Positions 40,111 through 50,903 are shown, counted from the first letter of the stretch. The stretch is 64,000 nt of DNA from Dehalococcoidia bacterium (GCA_021731085.1 JAKFYB010000005.1:34357-98356), one strand, 5' to 3'. A program made the numbers and translations. The notes: generated by a model not told the origin, from the sequence alone.

Positions 40111-41091
40111 CTACTTCAGCGCGAGGGCGTTCGGCGGCGATCCAACGCCGCCCGTGATGTTCAGCGGCGCCGACGTCACCATGAATTCGTACACTCCATC
40201 GGCGGCGCAATCCTCCGCCAGCGCGTCGAGACGCCAGAGCTCGCCCAGGTTCATTCCGAAGTACACGATGAGCTGGAAGTGGAAGAACCCACGCTCAGGG
40301 TTGGCGAACTCCGGCGGCCACGACTCCACAGCGATGGTGTCGGTTGCGATCGCGGCGATGTGGTTGTCCCACAGGTACGCCGCCATCTCCGTACCCGCGA
40401 GCAGGCCCGGCGCCAGCAGATGCTCCGCCATTTCCACTTTCTTGGCTTCAGGTTGAGCGAGAAGCCACGCCAGCCAGCCGGTTCGGAACAGGAGCAGATC
40501 GCCGGGTTCGATCTCGACGCCCTGTGCCTTTCGGCAGGCCTCCAGAGTCGCCACGTCGATCGTCGCGCCACCGACCAGATCCAGCGACCGGCCATCCTTT
40601 TCGAGGAAGCGCCCGACATCGAGCAGCACGCCGCGCGTAGCAATGCCTCGATTGGCAAGGTTCTGAATCCCGAGCTTCGTGCTGCCTTCCCGGATCACAT
40701 CCTCGTGCTTGAATCCGTTGTAGAAGCCGAAGGCCGGATGAGCGACGTGCCGGTGGCCATCCCATTGCGAAGACGACTGCGGGCAGAATCCATCCAGGTA
40801 CTCATCGTAGGACGCGCGCGCCCCGCCGCTGCAGTCGAAGATGGTGTGGCGCGGGTTACCTCGAAACCAGAACAGAGGCCGCGAAGGCATCGCGTCGAGC
40901 GGCAGATTCAGGCTGAACACGGATCCCTTCTTGACGAGCGCCGCAGCCGCAGCCGTCTTTTCGGGCGTCACCAGGTTCCAGGTGCCTAGCTCGTCCTCAT
41001 CGCCAAAGACGCCCCAGGCAGAGCCAGCGGGCGCTCCGGCGCGCACGGGTAGCTCGCTGAACGACGGCAGCTTCGCGACATCGATGGACAT
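40111..41091 (-). CDS. Cyclase / kynurenine-formamidase-family metal hydrolase
   Basis: DELGTWN, SSQWDGHRH, RGVLLD, LFRTGW, GGVGSPPN. Confidence 0.88.
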   Translation of the reverse strand: MSIDVAKLPSFSELPVRAGAPAGSAWGVFGDEDELGTWNLVTPEKTAAAAALVKKGSVFSLNLPLDAMPSRPLFWFRGNPRHTIFDCSGGARASYDEYLDGFCPQSSSQWDGHRHVAHPAFGFYNGFKHEDVIREGSTKLGIQNLANRGIATRGVLLDVGRFLEKDGRSLDLVGGATIDVATLEACRKAQGVEIEPGDLLLFRTGWLAWLLAQPEAKKVEMAEHLLAPGLLAGTEMAAYLWDNHIAAIATDTIAVESWPPEFANPERGFFHFQLIVYFGMNLGELWRLDALAEDCAADGVYEFMVTSAPLNITGGVGSPPNALALK

Positions 41092-41359
41092 AGTGGTCTC
41101 CTGATGTGCTGGATCCGGAACGCCCCATCCTCGCAATTCAGCCGCTTACAAGGAAGCACGGCAGCCGCGCTTGGCAGCTTGCCCTGACTGCCCGACGCCC
41201 ACCGCAATGCCGGAACCGCGCCCGTCGTTATCCGTATGACGGGCTCGTTGTCGGCCCTTCAGCAGCTTACTGTTGGCCCGTTGTCGGCCTATTCGTGCGC
41301 GGCTATACTGCGGTGCCAACGTTCGTGAGGTCGCCAGGCGGCCCAAAGGATGAATCCAC

Positions 41360-41794
41360 TTGCCAAGCCAAAACCGCCCGGTCGTCAAAGACGGCAGGCT
41401 CGTCGTCAAGAAGCGCACCGACCGCAGCTACCTGAAGCCCACGACCGAGCCTGAGAACGCATCTGCGCCTTCAGAGGCTGAATCTGCGGCGACGGCCGCG
41501 CCCACGGCTGACGAAACGGTGCCTGTGACTACATCTGCAGCAACCGCGGCTTTCGCAGCGCCCGAGGCGACTCCCGCCGCGCCACCAGCGCTGACACCAG
41601 CCGTTGCCGCTGCTCCGAAGTCAGCCACCGCACGCGCGTTGGAACAGCAGGGAGTGCGCAAGCGGAGGGAGGTCGACCTCGATGCCGTGGCGAAGCGCGA
41701 TTCCGACTACGCCATGCACGAGCTTCGACGCATCGCGATTCTGACGGCGCTCGTCGTCGTGGCGCTCGTGATTCTGACGCTCACGCTCCGCTAG
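41360..41794 (+). CDS. Hypothetical protein with C-terminal membrane anchor
   Basis: Ala/Pro-rich linker, then ELRRIAILTALVVVALVILTL. Confidence 0.65.
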   Translation: MPSQNRPVVKDGRLVVKKRTDRSYLKPTTEPENASAPSEAESAATAAPTADETVPVTTSAATAAFAAPEATPAAPPALTPAVAAAPKSATARALEQQGVRKRREVDLDAVAKRDSDYAMHELRRIAILTALVVVALVILTLTLR

Positions 41795-42330
41795 CGAAGC
41801 CGCCCCGCCGCCACGAACACGCCGACGCCGCCTGCAATGAAGCCGGCGTAATCGAGACGCAACGTCTCGAACACCCAGTCATCGAACGCGAACAAGAAGC
41901 CCAGCCGCACCAGGAATGCGATCACCACGCCCGCAACGGCGATAGCCTGAAGTGGCGGTCCAGCCTTGCGGTTAGATGCGACTGACACCAACTCACCCAC
42001 CGCGTAGCCCACGCCAATGCCAACAGGCACTCCCCAGAAGAATCCCGTCACAACGTTGAAGAACGCCCACGCGAACCCGATCGCAAGGCCAGCCGTCAGC
42101 GCAGCCGCGCCCGCCCGGATAAAGGTCTGCGTCGGAATGTTGTAGGTCGGAAGGCGATTGGCGCGCGCGCAATCCGGGCATCGCGTGCCAACAGGCGTGT
42201 ACACAAGGCATTTCGGGCAGATGGGCGTCTCGCAACGGCCGCAAGCAAGCTCGGTCTCGACGTCGGGGTGGCGCGCGCATTGCAACGGTCGATGTCCTAG
42301 CTCGTTTTTCGTCCATCTGGACGCAGGCAT
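41791..42330 (-). CDS. B-box-like Zn-finger membrane protein
   Basis: CARHP...CGRCETPICPKC...TPVGTRCPDC plus about four TM helices. Confidence 0.8.
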   Translation of the reverse strand: MPASRWTKNELGHRPLQCARHPDVETELACGRCETPICPKCLVYTPVGTRCPDCARANRLPTYNIPTQTFIRAGAAALTAGLAIGFAWAFFNVVTGFFWGVPVGIGVGYAVGELVSVASNRKAGPPLQAIAVAGVVIAFLVRLGFLFAFDDWVFETLRLDYAGFIAGGVGVFVAAGRLR

Positions 42331-42391
42331 GAAAACGGCGCCCTCAGGCGCCCGCTCCGCATGATATCGCGCCTACGCGAGACAACAAACG

Positions 42392-42796
42392 TCATGCGGC
42401 GACCGGCGCCACCGCACTCTCGACTGGCTCCTCGAAGACAAGTTGATCACCCGTCTGCGTCCCCGTACGCTCCCCCACGCCAGCTGCGACCTCCAGCGCG
42501 TGTTTCGCGCCCTTCCCTCCAAACGACACCGTCCACGGCTTCATCGAATCCACCACCTTGACCACTCGGCCATCGTCGTCCAGATAGATGGCGTCCCAGC
42601 GGAAGAACATGAAGAAGCCATGCAGTGAGGAGCTCTTTGTCAGCAGGATGCCGCCACCCTCAGGAACACGGCGCTTGAACATGAGTCCCCAGAACCGCGA
42701 CCAGTACGAAGAGGCGAGCCGCGCACCTTCAGCGAGCGTTGTATCGCGCGTAGCGTTGCGGACGGTGAAGCGACGTAGCTGCGTCGGCTGCGCCAT
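42392..42796 (-). CDS. DUF192-family protein
   Basis: ASSYWSRFWGLM, LHGFFMFFRWDAIYLD, ALEVAAG. Confidence 0.85.
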   Translation of the reverse strand: MAQPTQLRRFTVRNATRDTTLAEGARLASSYWSRFWGLMFKRRVPEGGGILLTKSSSLHGFFMFFRWDAIYLDDDGRVVKVVDSMKPWTVSFGGKGAKHALEVAAGVGERTGTQTGDQLVFEEPVESAVAPVAA

Positions 42797-42807
42797 GGAA
42801 CGGACTC

Positions 42808-42969
42808 TCAGTCTCTCAGGGCGATGTTGATGATGTACGCGCACCCGCCGAAGAAAATGCCCAGAAAGACCCAAGCGGGACCGAGGTTCAGGGCGATCGC
42901 TGCCGACGCGAGCGTAATCGCTAGTACTGAGTCCCAGTTCTGCCGGATCATGCGCACGAAATCCGCCAT
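42808..42969 (-). CDS. 53-aa small membrane protein (below ORF-track cutoff)
   Basis: MADFVRMIRQNWDSVLAITLASAAIALNLGPAWVFLGIFFGGCAYIINIALRD; stop 11 bp before the DUF192 start. Confidence 0.65.
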   Translation of the reverse strand: MADFVRMIRQNWDSVLAITLASAAIALNLGPAWVFLGIFFGGCAYIINIALRD

Positions 42970-43119
42970 ATCCCCATGCTACGCCCATCGGACGTAGAAT
43001 TGCAATACCGCATGAGCACGTGAGGAAATCCTCGCCGGTGAAATCCGCACAGAGGATAGTCGGCGGCGGTGGCGCCCAAGTCACATTAGGACTTTGCCTA
43101 TCGCAGGAAGAAGGTGCGA

Positions 43120-44034
43120 CTAGGAAGTGGTCGCAGGCGCCAGGAGAAAGCGAAGCCGGTCGTTGCCGACCTGGATTTCGTCGTCGTCTTCCAGCACGAC
43201 GATGGACAACGCGGGGACAGCGCCCCCGACCCGAATCTGCTTCCCGGAGTGACGCAGCAGGAAGCGATCTCCATGACGCCACAGAGTCGCCGTGGCCTTC
43301 CCTTCACCAAGAGGCAGGACATTGCCGTCAAGCTCAACACGCGTCCCGGCACGTGGGCCGGCCGTGAAGATGACCTCAGCCAAGGTCACCAGGGCCACGG
43401 CCGGCGCAACCTCCTCGTCCTCAGCAGCCACGTCGGCTGGCCCGAGTGGAAGCTGAGACCGAAGCGTGAGTAGGCGGCGGTCGCGGGCGTCAAACTCCGG
43501 CGTTTGGCTCCGGCCAAGGCCAAGAAAGCCACGCTTGTTCTCGTTCGCCACTGGGTGTTCCTTGCGGGGGGCCATCGGCCGCGACCTGATGTCGTCCGAC
43601 ACAGGATTCAGCCGATTTCCCAGTGTAACCGGTCCCAACGTCTGGTCATAACGAGCCCGAAGCTGCGGGTTCGTCAAGATCCGCAATGCCTCATCGCGTC
43701 GGTGCCGTTCAAGGCTACTCGGCGACAGCGGCTGAGTTCGCTCAAGTACGGTGAAGGCGAGCCGTACCACGTCCTCGTCAGCGTAGCGATCCACATGCAA
43801 AGTGGAGTAGTGGCACGCAGCCTCGCGAGTCGTCTCCGTACCATCGCGACAGACGGCGAGCGCCCCAGCGTATGCTCTGTCCAGGGCATCGAGTGGCCGT
43901 GTCACCGCGCCCGTTCGGCGTGTCCGCCGCACAAGCGCTCCGTACACCTCAACCACCAACGCCTGCGGCGCCGAAGGATCAAGCTGAAGGGTCTGGAAAT
44001 AATTGACGGGCTGCAGTCCTTGCGCCCCGGCCAT
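43120..44034 (-). CDS. Degenerate J-domain(s) + FHA-like protein
   Basis: NYFQTLQLDPSA; HYSTLHVDRYA...LTNPQLRARYD; C-terminal LEDDDEIQVG. Confidence 0.7.
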   Translation of the reverse strand: MAGAQGLQPVNYFQTLQLDPSAPQALVVEVYGALVRRTRRTGAVTRPLDALDRAYAGALAVCRDGTETTREAACHYSTLHVDRYADEDVVRLAFTVLERTQPLSPSSLERHRRDEALRILTNPQLRARYDQTLGPVTLGNRLNPVSDDIRSRPMAPRKEHPVANENKRGFLGLGRSQTPEFDARDRRLLTLRSQLPLGPADVAAEDEEVAPAVALVTLAEVIFTAGPRAGTRVELDGNVLPLGEGKATATLWRHGDRFLLRHSGKQIRVGGAVPALSIVVLEDDDEIQVGNDRLRFLLAPATTS

Positions 44035-44057
44035 GCGGCTCTCCTTGCCTGAATGTA

Positions 44058-44963
44058 CTATCCGAAATCGCCGATCGCATCGAACGCGTTGATGAGAATC
44101 GGTCCGAGAACGACGATAAAGAGTGACGGCATGACGAAGAACACCAGCGGGAACACCATCTTCGGCGCCGCCTGACGCGCCATCTGCTCCGCCCGCTGCC
44201 GCCGCCGAATCCGGAGCTGGCGCGCCTGAGTGCGCAACACCATCGCGATGCTCGTGCCCAGCGTCTCCGCCTGGATGACGGAGTTCACGAAGACGTTCAC
44301 ATCCGGCAAGTCGATTCGCTCGGCCATAGCCGTCATTGCTTCCTTGCGCGTCTGGCCCAGCGCCTTCTCCCGCAGCATGCGGCTGACTTCCGCGCCGACA
44401 GGGCCCTTCTGACGCTCGGCGACACGCTGAAACGCGAAGTCGAGGCTGAGGCCGGCTTCGACACACGTAGTGAGCAAGTCCAGGCTGTCTGGCAGCGCCT
44501 TCCAAAACGCCATCTGACGGTTCTTCGCCCTGCGCCGTAAGACCATCAGGGGCGCGATGAACCCCACTAGGGCGAACACCAGCGTCAACCAGATCAGGTT
44601 CCCGGGAGAACCACCCGTGCTGCTCATCAGAATCACGAAGTAAATGGCCGGAAACGCGGTCGTACAAACGAGAAGGATCGATAGGAAGGTCGAGAGGCTC
44701 ATGCTGCTGTCGGACACCATCAGCCAATGGCGCGATCGCGCGATGACCGACGTCGGTAGCAAGTTGATGATGCGCGTCGCGAAGCCGTGTACTGCTGGGA
44801 ACATGACGCGTTGCGTAAACGGATCTTCCTGTTCCACCATCACGCGCCGGTGTGCGCTCAGCGCGCGCACGCGGTCCTCCATGACGTTCTTACTACGCGC
44901 GTACCACAACCCGAACAAGGCAACGGATCCGAACACGAGCATCGCGGCAAGTACGGGAACCAT
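44058..44963 (-). CDS. tadC: Tad pilus platform protein TadC
   Basis: LPDSLDLL..CVEAGL, QAETLGT, KMVFPLV. Confidence 0.92.
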   Translation of the reverse strand: MVPVLAAMLVFGSVALFGLWYARSKNVMEDRVRALSAHRRVMVEQEDPFTQRVMFPAVHGFATRIINLLPTSVIARSRHWLMVSDSSMSLSTFLSILLVCTTAFPAIYFVILMSSTGGSPGNLIWLTLVFALVGFIAPLMVLRRRAKNRQMAFWKALPDSLDLLTTCVEAGLSLDFAFQRVAERQKGPVGAEVSRMLREKALGQTRKEAMTAMAERIDLPDVNVFVNSVIQAETLGTSIAMVLRTQARQLRIRRRQRAEQMARQAAPKMVFPLVFFVMPSLFIVVLGPILINAFDAIGDFG

Positions 44964-44965
44964 CG

Positions 44966-45937
44966 CTAGACCTCGATATCCAGAATTCGGCGAATCGTGA
45001 GGAATCCAAGGAGCTGCAATGTCGCGCCAACGGCGAGCATGATCAGTCCGACTGTCGTCGTAAACAGCAGGCCTGTCTGATCCCAGTTGATCAGGCAGAA
45101 GAAGCCAAGCAGAGCAATCGGCCACAGACTCAACACCATGCCGGAGAACCGCTGCTGGGACGTCATCGTCTTGACTTCACCGACCAGTCGCTCCTTCTCG
45201 CGCAGGTGTTCACCGACGTTGTCCAGAATCTCCGAGAGATTGCCGCCGCTTGTGCGCTGGACGAGCACTGCCGTCACCAAGAGGTTCATCTCCTCCGTAT
45301 CACTGCGAGCGAGCAATCCCATCAACGCGTCCTCGACGGATGCACCAACGTTCATGTCGACCGTCATGCGCACGAACTCTTCTGATATGGGCGGCTCCAT
45401 CTGCTCGGACACCATCGCTACGCCGTGTTGAAACGCGAATCCTGCACGTAGCGAGTTCGAGATCATCTGCGTTGCTTCTGGCAGCTGCTTGTTGATCTTG
45501 TCTATGCGCCTCGCCCGGGCAGCCTTTACGAAGTAGCGTGGAATCAGAAATGCGAACCCACCCGCAGCAATGCCGAGTACCACCGCAAACGCATTGCGCC
45601 CGATGAACGCCACGAAAGCGAACGCCGCGATTGCGCATGCGATCCGGATGAGGACGTATTCGCCCGTGCGCAGCGACAGGCCAGCCGCCTCCAGCTCCAG
45701 CGTCATCTTTCGCGCCCACGAGCTCTCAAGCAGCCAATCGCGGAACAGTGGCAGCGAAGATGGCCCCCGGCGGCGCACTTCGTCCCAGGACAACGTCTTC
45801 TGCTCGCCCTCAGGCGGCTCTGTCAGCCGTTGCAGCCGGCGCTCGCCCGGCTGGATCGTCCGGCCCCGCGACAGCCGCAGGCCGAACAGGACGATGGCCC
45901 CGGCGGCAGCAAGCGCAGCGATCAGGGGAAGAATCAC
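44966..45937 (-). CDS. tadB: Tad pilus platform protein TadB
   Basis: QLPEA..ISNSLRAG, VQRTSGGNLSEIL. Confidence 0.92.
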   Translation of the reverse strand: MILPLIAALAAAGAIVLFGLRLSRGRTIQPGERRLQRLTEPPEGEQKTLSWDEVRRRGPSSLPLFRDWLLESSWARKMTLELEAAGLSLRTGEYVLIRIACAIAAFAFVAFIGRNAFAVVLGIAAGGFAFLIPRYFVKAARARRIDKINKQLPEATQMISNSLRAGFAFQHGVAMVSEQMEPPISEEFVRMTVDMNVGASVEDALMGLLARSDTEEMNLLVTAVLVQRTSGGNLSEILDNVGEHLREKERLVGEVKTMTSQQRFSGMVLSLWPIALLGFFCLINWDQTGLLFTTTVGLIMLAVGATLQLLGFLTIRRILDIEV

Positions 45938-47277
45938 CGGCGCCCCTCCGCAAAGCCCAGTCCCATGTCCTTCAGGTTCACACCGCTCAACGAGAACTTG
46001 TCCGTGAACGACGGAACAATCTGGGTGGCCTCAAGGGCACCAATGACACTGCCCTTCTCGTCGATACCGCGCTGGTTGAATGTAAAGATGTCTTGCATCG
46101 CGATTGTCTCGCCTTCGCGGCCTGTGATCTCTGTGACGTGCGTGACGCGACGGCGACCATCGGCGAAGCGCGCGAGCTGCACAACCACGTGAAGCGCAGC
46201 TGCAATCTGTTCACGGATCGCCCGCACTGGCAGGTCGAAGCCCGCCATCATCACCATGTTCTCGATGCGGAACAGGCCATCCCGCGGTGAGTTCGCGTGA
46301 ATCGTCGTCAGCGAGCCCTCATGGCCCGTGTTCATCGCCTGCAGCATGTCGAACGCCTCGATTCCGCGGACCTCACCGATGACGATACGGTCGGGGCGCA
46401 TACGGAGCGCGTTTCGCACGAGGTCGCGCTGGGTTACTTCGTTCTTGCCCTCAATGTTCGGCGGCCGCGCTTCCATCGAGATTACGTGCGACTGCTGGAG
46501 CTTCATTTCGATCGGGTCCTCGATCGTGATGATGCGCTCATTGTCCGGCACGTACGCCGAAAGCGCGTTCAGCAGCGTGGTCTTACCGGTACCGGTACCA
46601 CCCGAGATCAGGATGTTCAGTCGCTGGCCAACGCAGGCGCGCAGAAACTCACCGACCTCGGGCGTCATTGTTCCGTTTTTAGTCAGGTCATCGACCTTGT
46701 ACTTCTCTCGTCGGAACTTCCGGATGGTCAGCGTGGGAGCTTTCGGGACCAACGGTGGAATGATGATGTTGACACGCGAGCCATCAGGCAAACGAGCATC
46801 GACAAAGGGTGACGACTCATCGACACGCCTGCCCAGCGGTGCGATGATGCGCTCGATAATCCGCATGATGTGCTGGTTGTCGCGGAACCGCAGGGATGAC
46901 CGGATGATCATGCCGTCGCGCTCGTAGTAGATCTCGTCTGTCCCGTTGACCATCACTTCAGAGATGTTGTCGTCGTCGATCAGCTTCTGAATTGGCCCGT
47001 AGCCGATCGCCTCGTCGATGACGCGCTTAATCACGCGCTCGCGGTCATCACCCAACAGCGAGGGAAACTCCTGGGTTACAAGCTGCCGGGCGGCAACAGT
47101 CACGGCCTCACGCGCTTGCTGTGCGTCGAGCCTCTCGATCGCTCCTAGGTCCATCTCCAGCAGCATGCGCTGGTGGACCTGGTGAACAGCGTCAAACCAG
47201 TCGCCATCGTTGTCCGCTTCATCGGTGGCGAAGCGCTCGTTGCGCCAGATCTCTCGTGCTCGTGCGTCGATTGCCAT
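45934..47277 (-). CDS. cpaF: Tad secretion ATPase CpaF/TadA
   Basis: DARLPDGSRV, GGTGTGKTT, RMRPDRI, AMNTGHEG. Confidence 0.95.
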   Translation of the reverse strand: MAIDARAREIWRNERFATDEADNDGDWFDAVHQVHQRMLLEMDLGAIERLDAQQAREAVTVAARQLVTQEFPSLLGDDRERVIKRVIDEAIGYGPIQKLIDDDNISEVMVNGTDEIYYERDGMIIRSSLRFRDNQHIMRIIERIIAPLGRRVDESSPFVDARLPDGSRVNIIIPPLVPKAPTLTIRKFRREKYKVDDLTKNGTMTPEVGEFLRACVGQRLNILISGGTGTGKTTLLNALSAYVPDNERIITIEDPIEMKLQQSHVISMEARPPNIEGKNEVTQRDLVRNALRMRPDRIVIGEVRGIEAFDMLQAMNTGHEGSLTTIHANSPRDGLFRIENMVMMAGFDLPVRAIREQIAAALHVVVQLARFADGRRRVTHVTEITGREGETIAMQDIFTFNQRGIDEKGSVIGALEATQIVPSFTDKFSLSGVNLKDMGLGFAEGRR

Positions 47278-47346
47278 GGATTTCTGTTCCTCGCACACCA
47301 CAAGTTGGTGTGCATTACGCGGGCGCGGCAAGCCGCGCCCCTACGA

Positions 47347-48564
47347 TTAGCCTTCGGCGACCGCCGCTCCACCGCGCCACTTGAAGCCCGGCAGTTGTAG
47401 CTTCCCGCCCTTATCGACGCGGCCACCGGCAATCACCGTCGCCAGATCCGCGAGGCTCTTCGCCGCGATCGAATGCGGCGCCGTCACGACGATCGGCTGT
47501 CCAAGGTGCGTGCCCTGGCGGACCTTCCGGTCGTATGGGATGTTCCAAAAGACATCGCGCTGCAGCGCGTCCTGAACGACACTCGGCCGCACGCCGTCGT
47601 CCGGCGAGATCGCGTTCATGACGATGCGGACGCGCTCCTGCGAGTACGACAGCATCTTCAGCGCCTGCATCGCTTCGAGGGAATCCTTGACGCTCGCGTA
47701 TTCGGTCGTCGTGATCCACAACACGATCGTCGCCACTTCAACAGCCATCTCCGCGAGCTCGTTGAGCATGCCCGACGTGTCGAGGATGACGGTGTCGTAG
47801 TTACGCGCGAGGAACTCGATCACGCGCCGCACCTGGTCGGGCGAGATCTTCCGCCACTCAAGGACGGTCGGGCCCGCGAGGACGTCGAGGTCCGTGAGTT
47901 CGTGTTTTACGACGTACCGCTCGATGTCGTCGCGCTCGATCATATCGAGGTCGCGCACCATGTCGAACAGCGTCCTCTCCGGCCGCACGTCCAGCATGCC
48001 GGCGATGTCACCAAAGCCGTTATCGAGATCGACAATGACGACGGACGCGCGCTCCTGCCCGGCCAGCGACACGGCGACATTCGTGCTGATCGTCGACTTG
48101 CCAATGCCACCCTTCGCACCAAACACGGTGATGATCGTGCCAGCAGTCGCCGCACCGGGAATCTGCCCCAACTGCCGCAGCTTGCGCTTCTCTTCGGACT
48201 CAAGCGCCGCGAGCACAGACTGGCGCAGCGTCTCGGGCTTGATCGGCTTGGCGAGGAAGTCGCGCGCTCCAGCCATCATCGCCTTGCGGATGATGTCCAG
48301 CTCCTTCGTCGCGCTGTACACAATGATGGGCATGTCAGGCATCAGGCTCTGCAACGCCTCGACGGTCTGCAACGCGCGCTCGACAGGCTCTGTAACACCG
48401 AGAAACACGACGTCGGGCCGAAGCTCCTCAGCCGTGGTCACAGCCTCCATGCCGAAGCTGCATTCGCCACTGATGGTCAGCCCGGAAGCCTTCACCACCT
48501 GCTTCGCCTCGAAGCGCGACTGGATGTCCGTATCGACGATGAGTGCTGATGGTGTCTTTGCCAC
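47347..48564 (-). CDS. cpaE: CpaE/TadZ (receiver-like + MinD-type ATPase)
   Basis: N-terminal receiver-like domain; GAKGGIGKST. Confidence 0.9.
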   Translation of the reverse strand: MAKTPSALIVDTDIQSRFEAKQVVKASGLTISGECSFGMEAVTTAEELRPDVVFLGVTEPVERALQTVEALQSLMPDMPIIVYSATKELDIIRKAMMAGARDFLAKPIKPETLRQSVLAALESEEKRKLRQLGQIPGAATAGTIITVFGAKGGIGKSTISTNVAVSLAGQERASVVIVDLDNGFGDIAGMLDVRPERTLFDMVRDLDMIERDDIERYVVKHELTDLDVLAGPTVLEWRKISPDQVRRVIEFLARNYDTVILDTSGMLNELAEMAVEVATIVLWITTTEYASVKDSLEAMQALKMLSYSQERVRIVMNAISPDDGVRPSVVQDALQRDVFWNIPYDRKVRQGTHLGQPIVVTAPHSIAAKSLADLATVIAGGRVDKGGKLQLPGFKWRGGAAVAEG

Positions 48565-48623
48565 GCGTCCCCCGCGGATTGCTGCTCTGCGTTGTTGCTA
48601 CGACCTTCGATACGACGGGCCGG

Positions 48624-49433
48624 CTATGGCAGCTCGATCGGCCCGATTGGAAGTATCTCGCTATCGCCTTGCCCGCGAAGGACAAGCCAAACCGTACCCT
48701 CTTCCTGTGCCAGCGCGACAAGGGCAGCGTCCTCTGGAGCCACTGCAAGGGTTACCGTGTCTGCTTCCTCATTCACGCCCGCATCCTCTGGTCGTGTCGA
48801 AATCGAACCCTCGGCATCGCCGGTGTCGATGGGATTGCCGTCCGCATCCAGGCGGGCCACTGCCTCCTGCGCGTCCTGGGCAACAGCCAGCACTTCGACG
48901 TCCTGCAGCAGAGTTTGCGCGAACGATTCGTCTTCGCGCTCGAGAATGGCGATCACATCAACCCGGTCGCCCGCGACCACGAAGCCGCCGACAACCGTCG
49001 TCTCATCAACCTCAACCGCAATCGCACGAAGGCCAGGCGGCACGACGGCGCTCAGCGTCTTGTCGTCGTCTGCCACGCCTTGGCCGACCTTCGCCGACGT
49101 CAGCTGTTCGCCCTTCGCCATGTTTTGGCGCACGACCAGGCCCTCAAGGCCTTCACTCTCGAACAGCGCCCCGTCGACAATGCCGTTCTCGGGCAGCGTC
49201 GCAACCGTCAGGTCATCGCTGGAGATGGTTGTCCCAGCCGGAATCTCGCGTGCCGCCACGACGACGTTCACGCTGCCGGCAAACGAGGCTGCCCCACTGT
49301 CACCGTCGTCGTCCAGCACGCCGCTGAGGGCGACGAAGATCAACACGGCTGCCAGCGCCGCCAGCAAGATTGCGCCGATGAAGATGAGTCTGTTCTGCCG
49401 CTCCGGCATACCTGCACTGATGGTGCGAGCCAT
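48624..49433 (-). CDS. cpaB: Flp pilus assembly protein CpaB/RcpC
   Basis: SAF domain VVVAAREIPAG; VGGFVVAGDRVDV. Confidence 0.92.
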   Translation of the reverse strand: MARTISAGMPERQNRLIFIGAILLAALAAVLIFVALSGVLDDDGDSGAASFAGSVNVVVAAREIPAGTTISSDDLTVATLPENGIVDGALFESEGLEGLVVRQNMAKGEQLTSAKVGQGVADDDKTLSAVVPPGLRAIAVEVDETTVVGGFVVAGDRVDVIAILEREDESFAQTLLQDVEVLAVAQDAQEAVARLDADGNPIDTGDAEGSISTRPEDAGVNEEADTVTLAVAPEDAALVALAQEEGTVWLVLRGQGDSEILPIGPIELP

Positions 49434-49535
49434 TGTTCCCAGTCCTTACTCTCTGCCTCTATCTGTCAACGACCCGCCCGCCGTCTCATATCAACCGCGC
49501 GTTGTATTCGACCAATTATGTCGCCTAAGTGGATG

Positions 49536-50903
49536 CTAGTCACCGGCAGCCGTCAGGCCGCGTGCGGCGATCTCGAACGCGATGCCCTGAAAGATGCACG
49601 TCAAGTCTTCCGCATTGTCAGTCTCGAAATAGTGATCGTTTGTTCCGGGCCCTGAAGACGCGATGTCCTTCAGCATTTCCCGGGCATCAGAATCACCGAC
49701 ATTCCCCGGATCGGCTGGCAGACAGTCCGGCTGCGGGTCAGAGCCCTCCACGTTGAGGCCGACCACGTAGATCTCGAAGCCCATCGCCTTGAGGTCATCC
49801 GCAACGTCAGTCGTGCATCTGTTCAGCCGCGTGCTATTCGGACCTGCTCCGCCGCAGGCTCCTGCGCCTTCCGGAATGCACTCAGGCGGGATGCCTGGGC
49901 CATCCTCGTACACATTGTCGCCGTCGGTGAGTATAACGATGAACCGATCGACGTCAGCGCGCGAATTCGGACCGTCGAGAACCGCGCCAGCGGCCCAGAG
50001 ACCGAGACACACATTTGTGAACCCGAAGGGTTCTGTGTTGTCGATGCTATCGAGCAGGAGCTCCGCGTCATTGGTGAGGCATACGACCAGCGTCGGCCCG
50101 GGGTTATCACAGTCGCCACCGTTCGGCGGCAGCGGAATCGAAGGTATGCATTCGTCGGCGTCATCGTCGTCGTAGCAGAATGTATACGGCGCATAGCCGA
50201 TCTGGGATTGCGATGTGTCCGGGTCGTTGCCCAGAACTGTCGTCACAAATTGGCTCGATGCGACGCGTGCTTCCTCAATCGGGCACACCGGACCACCACC
50301 GCATCCTACGGACATGCTTTGGCTTGAGTCGATTGCGATAGCGAGATCGAGCGGCGAAACGACGAACTCAACCTTGGCAAACGCCGAGGATCCGATATCG
50401 AAATCAACACCGCCAAAGAACGAGCCGAAGAGATTCCCGGCCTGCTTCTCTACGATGACGCGAATTGTGTCGCAACCGCCTTCGCCAGGTGCGCTCGGGC
50501 ACAGGCTCAATGGGAAGGCCTCGAAGTCTTTATTCTCGTTGGTGCAGATGTCATCGGGAGGGTTATCGATGTCGTTCGCGCAGAAATACTGCACCGTCAC
50601 GACCGCGCCGCTCGATTCGCCGTACCCGTTGCGCTCCGCCCACACATGAGCCGAATCACACGACACCAACGCCGCGCAGGCGCCCGCGCGCTGAGTGTAC
50701 TCCTGGGCTGTCGCGTCCTCGGGAAGGTCCTGCACCGCGGCCAGCGCCGCCAGGTCGGAAGCCCGCGCGAGGCCGCGGCGCTCGCTTAGCCAGAAGCCGT
50801 AATCTATCGCGATCGCCGCCATCATGAAGACGAGCGAGATCACGATGACAAACAGAACCAGTGTCTGGCCGCGTTCACTCTGGGCAACGCGTCTCTTGGT
50901 CAT
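49536..50903 (-). CDS. TadG-like pseudopilin with vWA domain
   Basis: ERGQTLV prepilin motif; DLAALAA; MIDAS DSSQSM, ILTDG. Confidence 0.85.
   Translation of the reverse strand: MTKRRVAQSERGQTLVLFVIVISLVFMMAAIAIDYGFWLSERRGLARASDLAALAAVQDLPEDATAQEYTQRAGACAALVSCDSAHVWAERNGYGESSGAVVTVQYFCANDIDNPPDDICTNENKDFEAFPLSLCPSAPGEGGCDTIRVIVEKQAGNLFGSFFGGVDFDIGSSAFAKVEFVVSPLDLAIAIDSSQSMSVGCGGGPVCPIEEARVASSQFVTTVLGNDPDTSQSQIGYAPYTFCYDDDDADECIPSIPLPPNGGDCDNPGPTLVVCLTNDAELLLDSIDNTEPFGFTNVCLGLWAAGAVLDGPNSRADVDRFIVILTDGDNVYEDGPGIPPECIPEGAGACGGAGPNSTRLNRCTTDVADDLKAMGFEIYVVGLNVEGSDPQPDCLPADPGNVGDSDAREMLKDIASSGPGTNDHYFETDNAEDLTCIFQGIAFEIAARGLTAAGD

Noticed and set aside
43120-44727. 535-aa ORF as given in the track
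   Set aside because: Its first 231 codons overlap tadC in another frame; the real start is likely the ATG at 44034.
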